A DNA stretch of 64,000 nt from Patescibacteria group bacterium (GTDB taxonomy: Bacteria > Patescibacteriota > Patescibacteriia > UBA9570): assembly GCA_041660305.1 (NCBI GenBank), contig JBAZWO010000001.1:418268-482267 (forward strand). Reading direction: 5' to 3'. Made by a program: the position numbers and the translations under genes. Each line of letters opens with the position of its first letter. The first letter of the stretch is position 1. Positions 1 through 7,570 of this stretch are shown piece after piece. Below the pieces are notes generated by a model. It ran no database searches. It saw nothing but the letters and a program-made list of their open reading frames with translations, and was not told the DNA's origin.

Positions 1-1166
1 TGAAAATCTTTATCCGTTAAATTATTCCAACCCGGTAATTCTTGATACACTGGTTTACAATGTCGGCTTATTTCTAAATCGGCTGGCAACTCATGTAAAA
101 TAGTATTTTTATATTTATATTTAGTAGCTACTGGAATAGTTTTTAAACCGCCTAACACATCAATTTTAGTAATCGCTAAAGCGGTTAAACCATTTACTCT
201 ACAAGCATAGCGTAACTGTACCAAATCTACCCAACCACAACGGCGTGGCCGACCAGTAGTAGTACCATATTCTTGGCCACGTTCTCGTAGATATGTGCCT
301 AACCGTTGATTCGCTTCCGTAGGTACTGGACCAGAACCTACTCGCGATAAATAAGCTTTCACTACCCCAATAATTTCATCAATACTTTTTGGCCCAACCC
401 CTACACCCGTACACGCCGCTCCAGCAATAGTATTAGAAGACGTGGTATGCGGATACGCCCCATGATCATTATCTAACATAGTACCTTGAGCACCCTCAAA
501 TAACACCTTTTTTCCAGATTTAATCGCTTCGTTTACTTCTAACGACACATCTCCAACATAGGGTTTTAAGCGCTTGCCAAAATTAAGATACGCTTTATAA
601 ATGTCTTGTTTATTTAAGGTAATATGTTGTTGATATAATCGGGTTAAGGCATTACGTTTTAAATCGAACAATTTATCGTATTTTTCTTTAAAAATTTTCG
701 GATTCATTAAATCGATAATCCGAATACCAGAGCGTTCGGCTTTATCGGCATAAGCTGGGCCAATTCCACGCCGCGTAGTACCAGCTGCTAAACCACCTTT
801 GTATTCATCAATCATACCATCCATAATAATGTGAAACGGAAAAATTACATGAGCTCGTTCGGAAATAAGCATATTCAATTTCATACCTTTGCTTTCAAAA
901 TTGTTCATTTCAGAAATAAGCACCTCCGGATCAATTACCATGCCATTGCCTAACACCACTCGCTTATCTGGGTACAACACCCCGGAAGGAATAAGATGTA
1001 ATTTATAAACCGCTCCATCAACTACTAAAGTATGTCCCGCATTATTACCACCTTGAAAGCGCACTACATAATCGGCTTCCGAAGTAAGGTAATCAATGAT
1101 TTTGCCTTTACCCTCATCGCCCCATTGGGCGCCAATTACCATAACGGTACGTGCTTGATTGAACAT
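1..1166 (-). CDS. purA: adenylosuccinate synthetase (C-terminal end lies outside the window)
   Basis: Absent from the ORF track because it runs off the edge. Reverse translation from the ATG at 1166 gives MFNQARTVMVIGAQWGDEGKGKIIDYL...GGNNAGHT...TTRRGIGPAYADK, the PurA signature motifs. Confidence 0.9.
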   Translation of the reverse strand, partial: MFNQARTVMVIGAQWGDEGKGKIIDYLTSEADYVVRFQGGNNAGHTLVVDGAVYKLHLIPSGVLYPDKRVVLGNGMVIDPEVLISEMNNFESKGMKLNMLISERAHVIFPFHIIMDGMIDEYKGGLAAGTTRRGIGPAYADKAERSGIRIIDLMNPKIFKEKYDKLFDLKRNALTRLYQQHITLNKQDIYKAYLNFGKRLKPYVGDVSLEVNEAIKSGKKVLFEGAQGTMLDNDHGAYPHTTSSNTIAGAACTGVGVGPKSIDEIIGVVKAYLSRVGSGPVPTEANQRLGTYLRERGQEYGTTTGRPRRCGWVDLVQLRYACRVNGLTALAITKIDVLGGLKTIPVATKYKYKNTILHELPADLEISRHCKPVYQELPGWNNLTDKDF

Positions 1167-1180
1167 ATAATTTATAATAA

Positions 1181-2035
1181 TTAAGCTTCGTTATATCGTT
1201 TAATAGTACATTGCACTGTATTTTCAATTAATTTTGCTACAGTTAACGGTCCAACTCCACCAGGCGTCGGTGTAACCAAATTAGCTTTTTTTGCTACACT
1301 TGGAAAATCAATATCACCATACATTTTACCATCAATAAATGATACGCCAGCATCAATTACTACTACCCCTGTTTTTATCATTTTGCCAGTTAAAATAGGA
1401 TGTTTGCCTACCCCAGTAATAATAATGTCTGCTGTTTTGGTATAAGCCTCCACATGATCAGTAAATTTATTTAACACCGATACACTAGCTTGCTGATGTA
1501 TTAACAAATTAGCTAGCGGTCTGCCTACTAGGGCTCCTGCTCCAATTATTACTACCCGCTTGCCTTTTAATAACACTTTGTGTTGCTGTAAAATAGTTAA
1601 AATAGCTCCTGGTGTTGGTGGTGTTAACCAATAACTACCGCTCACTAATTTACCTAAATTTGTTTGGGTTAAACAATCTACATCACGTTGCGGATCAATT
1701 AATTCTAATACTTTACCAGATTTAATGTGCGCTGGTAACGGTAGTTGAATGATTAAACCAGTTAAACCATAACGAGTTTGCTGTAATTTGCGCACTACTT
1801 TACTTAATTGTTCTGTAGTGGTTGTAGCCGGTAAAGTAGTAAGAGAAAAGTTAATACCAATTTTTTTTGCCGCAGCCGCTTTTTTGTTTACATAAGTTTG
1901 TGACGGCTTGTCTTCGCCAACTAAAACAACTCCTAATTTTGGAGTATGTCGTTGCCGCATTAACGTACGCACTTGCGCCGCTAATCGTTGGTATATTTGT
2001 TGTGCTAGGTTGTTACCGTCAACAATAATAGCCAT
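1181..2035 (-). CDS. folD: bifunctional methylenetetrahydrofolate dehydrogenase / methenyl-THF cyclohydrolase
   Basis: 284 aa. N-terminus MAIIVDGNNLAQQI...PKLGVVLVGEDKPSQTYVNKK plus a GAGALVGRP Rossmann motif are typical of FolD. It sits directly upstream of purA on the same strand. Confidence 0.9.
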   Translation of the reverse strand: MAIIVDGNNLAQQIYQRLAAQVRTLMRQRHTPKLGVVLVGEDKPSQTYVNKKAAAAKKIGINFSLTTLPATTTTEQLSKVVRKLQQTRYGLTGLIIQLPLPAHIKSGKVLELIDPQRDVDCLTQTNLGKLVSGSYWLTPPTPGAILTILQQHKVLLKGKRVVIIGAGALVGRPLANLLIHQQASVSVLNKFTDHVEAYTKTADIIITGVGKHPILTGKMIKTGVVVIDAGVSFIDGKMYGDIDFPSVAKKANLVTPTPGGVGPLTVAKLIENTVQCTIKRYNEA

Positions 2036-2090
2036 AATATTCTGCCTTATAAGAATAAATAATCCCGCATAAATATACCATATTATTTAA

Positions 2091-2119
2091 TTGACAGCAA
2101 GTATTTAATAGCTTACTAT
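2091..2119 (+). promoter_or_regulatory. sigma70-like promoter for the efflux operon
   Basis: TTGACA (2091-2096), 17-nt spacer, TACTAT (2114-2119), about 45 nt upstream of the 2166 start. Confidence 0.4.
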
Positions 2120-2165
2120 TACGTTATTATATTTATTAATTATTTCGTTTACATCTATATAAATT

Positions 2166-2831
2166 ATGAAAATAAATCGTACACTAAAATTTATTTTACC
2201 ACTAATACTAGTAGCTGGCTGTATTGCCTTATTAATTTATTTAGTTACCTGGCAACCAGCTGAATCAGCTCAAGCTTACACTCCTTATGTAGTTACAAAA
2301 AAAGATGTGCAACAAACTATTCAGGTTACTGGCCTAGTAATTACTAAGTTGGTTGATAAAGAAGAAACTAAACTGGTGCAATGGTATGTTAGTGAAGATC
2401 AAGTTAATGATATTGCCATAGATCAGGAAGCTACACTAGATATTACTGCTTTAGATAATAGTACTACTGGAAAAATAGATTTTATTAGTTCTGAACCACG
2501 TCTAACTGGCAACACCACAGAATATGAAGTGTTAGTTAAATTTAATGATGAGCCGGAACATTTACTAAATGGCATGCATGCTGATGTAACCGTAGTATTA
2601 GAAACTAAAAATAATGTACTAGCCGTACCAAATGATAGCCTCATAGAAGTAAATGATGAATATTCTGTAAATATAATTCATGAACAACGCCGCATTTACT
2701 CAAAAAGTTTAAACATCGATAAAACTGTGCAAAATTTAGAACCTACTAATGTAACTATTGGCCTACTAGGTGATGACTATACTGAAATCACTTCTGGCCT
2801 AAGTGAAAATGAAGTAATTTCTGCAAATTAG
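2166..2831 (+). CDS. short HlyD/MacA-like periplasmic adaptor of the ABC efflux system
   Basis: 221 aa with an N-terminal membrane anchor and a beta-barrel/lipoyl-like body (ATLDITALDNSTTGKIDFIS, GMHADVTVVLE...VLAVPNDSL). It abuts the ABC ATPase, and no long coiled-coil hairpin is evident. Confidence 0.55.
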   Translation: MKINRTLKFILPLILVAGCIALLIYLVTWQPAESAQAYTPYVVTKKDVQQTIQVTGLVITKLVDKEETKLVQWYVSEDQVNDIAIDQEATLDITALDNSTTGKIDFISSEPRLTGNTTEYEVLVKFNDEPEHLLNGMHADVTVVLETKNNVLAVPNDSLIEVNDEYSVNIIHEQRRIYSKSLNIDKTVQNLEPTNVTIGLLGDDYTEITSGLSENEVISAN

Positions 2832-2832
2832 C

Positions 2833-3501
2833 ATGATTACGGTAAAAAACTTAATTAAATCATTCACTATGGGTGAAGTAGAAGTACACGCTCTGCGCGG
2901 TATTAGTTTTACCATTAAAGATGGAGAATTTGTTGGTATTATGGGTAAAAGCGGTTCTGGTAAATCTACATTATTGCGTCAACTTGGCTTAATTGATGAT
3001 CCAACTAGTGGTGAAATTTTTTTCGATGACAAAGATACCCGCGATTTATCCGCTACCGAACGCGCGCGCTTCCGCCTAACTCACTTGGGCTATATTTTTC
3101 AAGAGTATGCTCTGATTCCAGAATTAACCGCTTTAGAAAATGTTATGTTGCCAGCCATGATGCGCGGCAATAAAAAAGCGATTTATTTGGACAAAGCTAA
3201 ACAATTATTAAAAGTGGTAGATTTAGCGGAGCGCTGGCATCACCGCCCAAAACAATTGTCTGGTGGCCAACAACAACGCGTGGCTATTGCCCGAGCTTTA
3301 ATTAATGATCCAAAAGTATTATTCGCCGATGAACCCACCGCTAACTTAGATTCTGCTTCTACTAAAATAGTAATGGAAACATTTAGTCGTTTAAATAAAA
3401 CCACTAAACAAACTATTGTATTAGTTACTCATGAACCAGATAATAAGGCTTATTTGGATCGTACAATTATTATGAAAGATGGAAAAATTTATGGAAAATA
3501 A
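2833..3501 (+). CDS. ABC transporter ATP-binding protein (MacB/LolD type)
   Basis: Walker [10 protein letters not shown], signature [15 protein letters not shown] and Walker B VLFADEPT. Confidence 0.9.
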   Translation: MITVKNLIKSFTMGEVEVHALRGISFTIKDGEFVGIMGKSGSGKSTLLRQLGLIDDPTSGEIFFDDKDTRDLSATERARFRLTHLGYIFQEYALIPELTALENVMLPAMMRGNKKAIYLDKAKQLLKVVDLAERWHHRPKQLSGGQQQRVAIARALINDPKVLFADEPTANLDSASTKIVMETFSRLNKTTKQTIVLVTHEPDNKAYLDRTIIMKDGKIYGK

Positions 3502-4705
3502 AACCCAACACTGGTTAGTAGGTATTTTTCTAGCTTGGCGCTCCATCAGCCGCGGCAATGTTGGTACCTTAGTAATGACTATCTTAATGTTAAGCTTAAT
3601 TTTTATTAATCTAATTTTTCTCACCTCTATTATTAACGGCGTTACTGTAACTGCTAACAAACAAATTATTGAAGCTATTACCGGAGAAATTTTTATTGAA
3701 GCCAAAACTGGTGACAGTTACTTAACTAAAGCCAAACAAATCGAACGTGATTTGCGCCTAATTACTAATGTACAACACGTTAGTCCACGCACTGGCATCT
3801 CTACAGAATTAGATTTCGCTGGAAAATCTGGATCTTATCGCGGTATGGCTATTAATCCTAATAAAGAAGCGGCTGTAACTACAGTGGCACAACATATGGT
3901 AACTGGGCGTTGGCTAACCACTGCCGATACCAATGCCATTGTGCTCGGTTCACAAATCGCCGGAAAACCCAAAGGCGAATTATTTGCGTATTCATTAAAG
4001 GGAGTACAGGTTGGTGATATCATTACTTTAAAATTTACCAATGGTTTTGCCAAAGATTTTAACGTAGTAGGAATTTTTGATAATGATTTTGTCCAGGCCG
4101 ATAATCGATTTTTCATTAATCAAACTGAACATGATACTCTATTTCCAAATCTAAAAGATAACGTTACCGAATTTGGCATGAAACTAACTCCCAATGCTAA
4201 TTTAGCGGCGGCCGTAACAGCCATTAATGAATTAGATATTTCTGATAACGTTCGTACCTGGGAAGATGCCGCGGGCATTACGGCTAGCTTCACGAAAAGT
4301 TTTGATATTGTAAACTTTATCGTTAGCTTTGTGGCTATTATTGTGGCCGGCATTACCATTTTTATAGTCATGTACGTAGATGTGATTAACCGCCGCAAAC
4401 AAATTGGAATTTTGCGCGCCATTGGCATTACTGAAACCGCTATTGCTATATCTTATATTTTACGAGCTATCTTTTACGCTATTATTGGTATTATCCTTGG
4501 TTTTATAGCATTCAAATTACTCATTATACCCTTGTTTATCACTAAGCCACTCCATTTACCAATTGGTAATGTGTCATTATCCATTGATAATAGCTTGCTA
4601 TACATGCGGGCTTTATCCATTTTAGTAGTAGCCTTTCTAGGTTCATACATACCCATTCAGCGCACACTGCGCATGCGTATTATTGATGCCATTTGGGGAG
4701 AATAA
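3479..4705 (+). CDS. ABC transporter permease, FtsX/MacB-like
   Basis: 408 aa with one N-terminal TM segment, a large periplasmic domain and a C-terminal FtsX-type bundle (RRKQIGILRAIGIT). It overlaps the ATPase gene by 23 nt; the start could instead be the ATG at 3491. Confidence 0.85.
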   Translation: MEKFMENKTQHWLVGIFLAWRSISRGNVGTLVMTILMLSLIFINLIFLTSIINGVTVTANKQIIEAITGEIFIEAKTGDSYLTKAKQIERDLRLITNVQHVSPRTGISTELDFAGKSGSYRGMAINPNKEAAVTTVAQHMVTGRWLTTADTNAIVLGSQIAGKPKGELFAYSLKGVQVGDIITLKFTNGFAKDFNVVGIFDNDFVQADNRFFINQTEHDTLFPNLKDNVTEFGMKLTPNANLAAAVTAINELDISDNVRTWEDAAGITASFTKSFDIVNFIVSFVAIIVAGITIFIVMYVDVINRRKQIGILRAIGITETAIAISYILRAIFYAIIGIILGFIAFKLLIIPLFITKPLHLPIGNVSLSIDNSLLYMRALSILVVAFLGSYIPIQRTLRMRIIDAIWGE

Positions 4706-4746
4706 AAAACCGTAGAGGCGCCCCGCGGGGCGCCTCTACGGTTTTG
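4704..4746. terminator. bidirectional intrinsic terminator
   Basis: Perfect 32-nt GC-rich palindrome CCGTAGAGGCGCCCCG/CGGGGCGCCTCTACGG (4710-4741) flanked by A6 and T4, lying between convergent genes. Confidence 0.75.
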
Positions 4747-4781
4747 TTTGTCGCTTAAACCAAGCTAATTAATATTAATAA

Positions 4782-5612
4782 TTATTGAGCAGCGTAAGCT
4801 GGACTATATTGATTAGCCGCTTCTAATGTATTAGCTTCTTTTTCAGCGCGTAATACATCGGCTTGTACTAACACCATTCTACGAGCGGCTTGACGAAAAT
4901 TCATCACCGCTGAAGAAGTGTCACCAGCATTCTGGGCGGTAACGGCTGTATTATAAGCTTCTTCGGATCTAGCATAAGAATCTTGAGCCTGAGTTACATA
5001 AGTAGCTAATTTGGTAGTATCTTGCTGCATGGTTTCGTAAGTAGTTTCTACATCAACTAAAGCAATTAAAGCTGTTTTATTATAAACCAAGCTACCATCT
5101 AATTTTTCCTTTAACACCGAAACAATCATATTTTTAAACGCGGTTTTAGTTTCTGAACTGTTTAAATAATCTTTTACGGCTGTGAGTTGTTCAGAAGTTT
5201 GCGTCATAGCTTGAGCCACTGTAATGGTGCTTGTAAGATAATTGGCATTAATGGCTTTAATATTTAGTTCATACATTACTAAATTAGCCATGATTTTTTG
5301 CAAAGCGGCATAAATAGCGGCTTTTTCTTGTGGATTAGCAAATAACACATAAGGTACATAAGCTTTAGCATCTTCTACGCTTTGTTCAGCGGTATCTAAA
5401 GCGGTAGTAGCTTTGGTATAGCGCTTAGTATATACCGCTGCTTGTTGCGCCTCATCCAAACTACTATAAGCCGTTTGTAAGTTAGTTTGTAACTGATCAG
5501 CTGCGTTAGCTAACTTTTCAGCTTTAGTGGAAGCTAATGATGCTTGTGGTAACACCATTACTCCAGCTACTAATAATGATAATGCTGTACCGGTTAATAA
5601 TTTATTTTTCAT
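4782..5612 (-). CDS. hypothetical secreted alpha-helical protein
   Basis: 276 aa with signal peptide MKNKLLTGTALSLLVAGVMVLPQASLAS. The remainder is Ala/Gln/Thr-rich and helical-looking, with no recognisable family. Confidence 0.55.
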   Translation of the reverse strand: MKNKLLTGTALSLLVAGVMVLPQASLASTKAEKLANAADQLQTNLQTAYSSLDEAQQAAVYTKRYTKATTALDTAEQSVEDAKAYVPYVLFANPQEKAAIYAALQKIMANLVMYELNIKAINANYLTSTITVAQAMTQTSEQLTAVKDYLNSSETKTAFKNMIVSVLKEKLDGSLVYNKTALIALVDVETTYETMQQDTTKLATYVTQAQDSYARSEEAYNTAVTAQNAGDTSSAVMNFRQAARRMVLVQADVLRAEKEANTLEAANQYSPAYAAQ

Positions 5613-5656
5613 ATCTTTTAATTTAATGAATTAATTAGTTTCGACCTAGTGGTACC

Positions 5657-5685
5657 ATGGTACAAAGCCCGGCTGACTATGTCAA
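5657..5685 (-). promoter_or_regulatory. putative promoter with a palindrome overlapping the -10
   Basis: On the minus strand: TTGACA (5685-5680), 17 nt, TACCAT (5662-5657). The 12-bp palindrome GTACCATGGTAC (5652-5663) overlaps the -10. Confidence 0.35.
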
Positions 5686-5711
5686 TTTACCACTTCATGT
5701 ACAATTCATAA

Positions 5712-5740
5712 TTGACATAAGCCCATTTTTTTAGTACTTT
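5712..5740 (+). promoter_or_regulatory. putative promoter of the tRNA-Leu pair
   Basis: TTGACA (5712-5717), 17 nt, TACTTT (5735-5740), about 25 nt upstream of the first tRNA. Confidence 0.4.
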
Positions 5741-5764
5741 ACAAGGTGCTTTTGTAATACATTA

Positions 5765-5846
5765 GCCGACGTGGTGAAATTGGTATACACGCTAGCTTTA
5801 GGAGCTAGTCCCGCAAGGGATGAGGGTTCGAGTCCCTCCGTCGGCA
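5765..5846 (+). tRNA. tRNA-Leu (anticodon TAG)
   Basis: Acceptor GCCGACG/CGTCGGC, anticodon stem CTAGC/GCTAG with loop TTTAGGA, long variable arm, T-loop GGTTCGAGTCC. Confidence 0.9.
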
Positions 5847-5858
5847 CGGTTATTTTTT

Positions 5859-5940
5859 GCCGATGTGGTGAAATTGGTATACACGCACGGTTCAGAGCCG
5901 TGTGTCGCAAGACTTGTGGGTTCGAGTCCCACCATCGGCA
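5859..5940 (+). tRNA. tRNA-Leu (anticodon CAG)
   Basis: Acceptor GCCGATG/CATCGGC, anticodon stem CACGG/CCGTG with loop TTCAGAG, long variable arm, T-loop GGTTCGAGTCC. Confidence 0.9.
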
Positions 5941-6029
5941 CAAATTAGAACTTTTTCTACCCAAGTATAAAATAATTGACATTTTTTTATAGTTGGGTAG
6001 AAAAAATCCAGATTTTTACTAGCCGCCTT

Positions 6030-6072
6030 TTGCTAACACACCGGGCTAAACCCGGGTGTTAGCAATATTTTA
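6030..6072 (+). terminator. probable terminator of the tRNA-Leu unit
   Basis: Stem TTGCTAACACACCGGG / CCCGGGTGTTAGCAA (one bulged A) with loop CTAAA, followed by TATTTTAT. Confidence 0.5.
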
Positions 6073-6138
6073 TCTGTGTCATCAGCATTTTTTATCCGTG
6101 ACATCTGTGCTTCAAGCATTTTATTATTATTTTTGGTC

Positions 6139-6166
6139 TTGACTTTTCCGTATTTTCCAGTATCCT
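6139..6166 (+). promoter_or_regulatory. putative promoter of the GC-rich unit
   Basis: TTGACT (6139-6144), 16 nt, TATCCT (6161-6166). The -10 is weak. Confidence 0.3.
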
Positions 6167-6195
6167 GGTGCCACCTTACAACCCGTGGAGGTCCT

Positions 6196-6384
6196 ATGAA
6201 AACAAGAGCGGGGCTCTTCTGTTCCACTTGCCGTAAGATTATTTACGGCAAGTGGGCGGAAGCGCCCACTGCAGAAAAAAGGGAAGAGGCGGCCTTCCAG
6301 GCTGCCGATGAAGCAATGAAAAATCACACCAAACGGTGTGGAAAAGTCATTGCTCTTCGGCGGCCTGCACGAGAGGCCGCCTGA
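6196..6384 (+). CDS. candidate 62-aa small protein (CxxC ... HxxxC); may instead be part of a structured RNA
   Basis: GGAGG (6187-6191) lies 4 nt before the ATG at 6196, giving MKTRAGLFCSTCRKIIYGKW...NHTKRCGKVIALRRPAREAA. The ORF is packed with perfect hairpins and is far more GC-rich than neighbouring genes, so coding status is uncertain. Confidence 0.3.
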   Translation: MKTRAGLFCSTCRKIIYGKWAEAPTAEKREEAAFQAADEAMKNHTKRCGKVIALRRPAREAA

Positions 6385-6444
6385 AAAAAACCCGCGGGGA
6401 TTTGGAAAATCCCCGCACAGCGCCTCGAAAGGAGGTGAGGAAAA

Positions 6445-6492
6445 ATGCGGAAGCGGAAGCGGAAGCGGAGGAAATGGGGGTTTCGATATTAG
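6445..6492 (+). CDS. candidate 15-aa micro-ORF MRKRKRKRRKWGFRY
   Basis: Strong SD AAAGGAGGTGAGG lies 5-6 nt upstream of the ATG at 6445. It is too short for the ORF track, and its 3' end is embedded in the 6476-6511 terminator stem. Confidence 0.25.
   Translation: MRKRKRKRRKWGFRY
6447..6470 (+). repeat. hexanucleotide tandem repeat (GCGGAA) x3 plus GCGGAG
   Basis: Read directly from the sequence: gcggaa gcggaa gcggaa gcggag. Confidence 0.9.
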
Positions 6493-6511
6493 TCAAATCG
6501 AGCCCCCTTTT
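6476..6511 (+). terminator. intrinsic terminator of the GC-rich unit
   Basis: GGGGG..TCGAT / ATCGA.CCCCC stem with a 9-nt loop, followed by TTTT. Confidence 0.5.
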
Positions 6512-6519
6512 CAAATTGA

Positions 6520-6569
6520 GAAAATAAATAATAGCTATTCTCCTCCTCTCTCACGAAGTGGAGAGGAGG
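6520..6569 (-). terminator. probable terminator of the 6587-7066 gene
   Basis: CCTCCTCTC (6542-6550) / GAGAGGAGG (6561-6569) stem immediately after the stop, followed on the minus strand by a T-rich stretch. Confidence 0.4.
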
Positions 6570-6586
6570 CCGGGAGGTGAGGTAGG

Positions 6587-7066
6587 CTATTTTTCCACCG
6601 TTAACGTAACCGTATAATCTTCCGGCGCAATAGTTGTGCCGGTTTTTGGCATAGGCGTTACTTCGCCCAAAGTAATAGTATAATTGCCTATAGTGACCGG
6701 GGTAGCACCTTCACCACTACCGCTACCAACAATCGTAACATACTCACTAGACTGTGCCACAGCGATCACTACGCTAACTGTGCCAGCTGTAATACACTGT
6801 GCACCTATTGGACAACGTGAATCGTTACTAATCTGTTTAACCGTTACTGCCACTTCTCCACCTACTAATGCCGTTTGATTAACTTGAACCGTAAACGCCC
6901 CGCCAAAATTCGCTGAAATATCATTGGTAACAACATTCTGATTTACAGTATTTACATTAGCTAGATTAGTAACTGGTTCATTAGAATTGGTATTAGCACA
7001 TCCAACACCAGCTAACATTAAAATAGCTAATGAGGTGGTGCTAATTGTTAAAAAAACATTGCGCAT
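6587..7066 (-). CDS. hypothetical lipoprotein
   Basis: 159 aa. The signal peptide has a lipobox-like LAGVGC, followed by a Thr/Val-rich beta-looking domain with a CPIGAQC pair. Confidence 0.55.
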   Translation of the reverse strand: MRNVFLTISTTSLAILMLAGVGCANTNSNEPVTNLANVNTVNQNVVTNDISANFGGAFTVQVNQTALVGGEVAVTVKQISNDSRCPIGAQCITAGTVSVVIAVAQSSEYVTIVGSGSGEGATPVTIGNYTITLGEVTPMPKTGTTIAPEDYTVTLTVEK

Positions 7067-7204
7067 AAATGTTGGTAATTAATAAATTGATTAAAATTAA
7101 AATAGTTAGTTTTTAAAATTATACCTTAACATTATAACTAGTTAGTTGTTCTTGCACAAACACCTTCCCTTTACATAGCGCTATTTTTTTGATACATTAA
7201 TTAC

Positions 7205-7420
7205 ATGCTTACAGCTGAGGATCTTAAAAACATTAAAACTATTGTTGATAGCGCTAAAAACGACATTGTTGCTTCAGTTGGCGAAGTGATTGAAGAAAAT
7301 GTGTTACCACAAATTTCCTCAATTAACGAAACTATTGAAAAGAACGTCCTACCACAGATTAACTCCTTACCAAATAAGGCTTTCATTACAGATAAAATGG
7401 CAGATTTAGAAACGAAGTAA
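7205..7420 (+). CDS. hypothetical small protein with an internal duplicated motif
   Basis: 71 aa. It contains IEENVLPQISSINET followed by IEKNVLPQINSLPNK, and the repeat is visible at DNA level. No family is recognised. Confidence 0.3.
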   Translation: MLTAEDLKNIKTIVDSAKNDIVASVGEVIEENVLPQISSINETIEKNVLPQINSLPNKAFITDKMADLETK

Positions 7421-7522
7421 ACATGTTCAAAACATTTGAACTATTTCAAACGTCACCTAAATAAACAACATTAAATTTGACCAGTTGGACACTTGGTAGT
7501 AACTGGGCGTTTTTATTTTCCC

Positions 7523-7551
7523 TAGACAATCACCCCTAAAATCGCTATGAT
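7523..7551 (+). promoter_or_regulatory. putative promoter of tRNA-Ser
   Basis: TAGACA (7523-7528), 17 nt, TATGAT (7546-7551), 20 nt upstream of the tRNA. It uses the same TAGACA -35 as the promoter at 51614. Confidence 0.45.
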
Positions 7552-7570
7552 AGGCTGGCAAAATCGCTCG

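Noticed and set aside
2423-4656. Short antisense ORFs within the efflux genes (2423-2644, 3421-3705, 3835-4116, 4120-4428, 4474-4656). Similar nested ORFs occur inside other long genes, for example 9651-9938, 11314-12180, 12644-12949, 13320-13592, 14505-15977, 21538-22221, 33052-33387, 34472-34750, 36788-37261, 41507-45536, 53724-54096 and 62921-63571.
   Set aside because: They are fully embedded in, and antisense or out of frame to, longer ORFs with clear family motifs. They have low-complexity or odd composition and no SD. I treat them as shadow ORFs.
5731-5992. ORFs 5731-5982 (-) and 5771-5992 (+).
   Set aside because: They are read through the two tRNA-Leu genes.
5952-6005. 13-bp inverted repeat TTTTTCTACCCAA / TTGGGTAGAAAAA as terminal inverted repeats of a mobile element, or as a promoter (TTGACA at 5977).
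   Set aside because: The arms are only 28 nt apart, so nothing is enclosed. The TTGACA has no properly spaced -10. It is more simply a large-loop hairpin after the tRNA-Leu pair.
6076-6384. The full 102-aa ORF listed in the track, and the overlapping frames 6336-6527, 6338-6580, 6033-6227 (-) and 6127-6327 (-).
   Set aside because: Long open frames are expected by chance in GC-rich sequence. The first 40 codons of 6076-6384 run through the AT-rich putative promoter, and only the internal ATG at 6196 has an SD. The other frames lack start context.
6445-6511. Classical amino-acid attenuator (leader peptide plus terminator) controlling a downstream biosynthetic operon.
   Set aside because: There is no same-strand gene downstream. 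The next gene (6587-7066) is on the opposite strand and convergent.
5990-6590. Identifying the GC-rich island as RNase P RNA, tmRNA, SRP (4.5S) RNA, a T-box leader or a common riboswitch.
   Set aside because: I could not find the diagnostic cores on either strand. Missing are GGAAAGTCCGGGC and ACAGAA..GGCTTA for RNase P, and a tRNA-like 3' end plus tag ORF for tmRNA. Also missing are the GGAA-tetraloop flanked by AGG..CAGG/GGAAGCAGC for SRP, and the T-box 14-mer. This is from memory only; a covariance-model scan is still needed.
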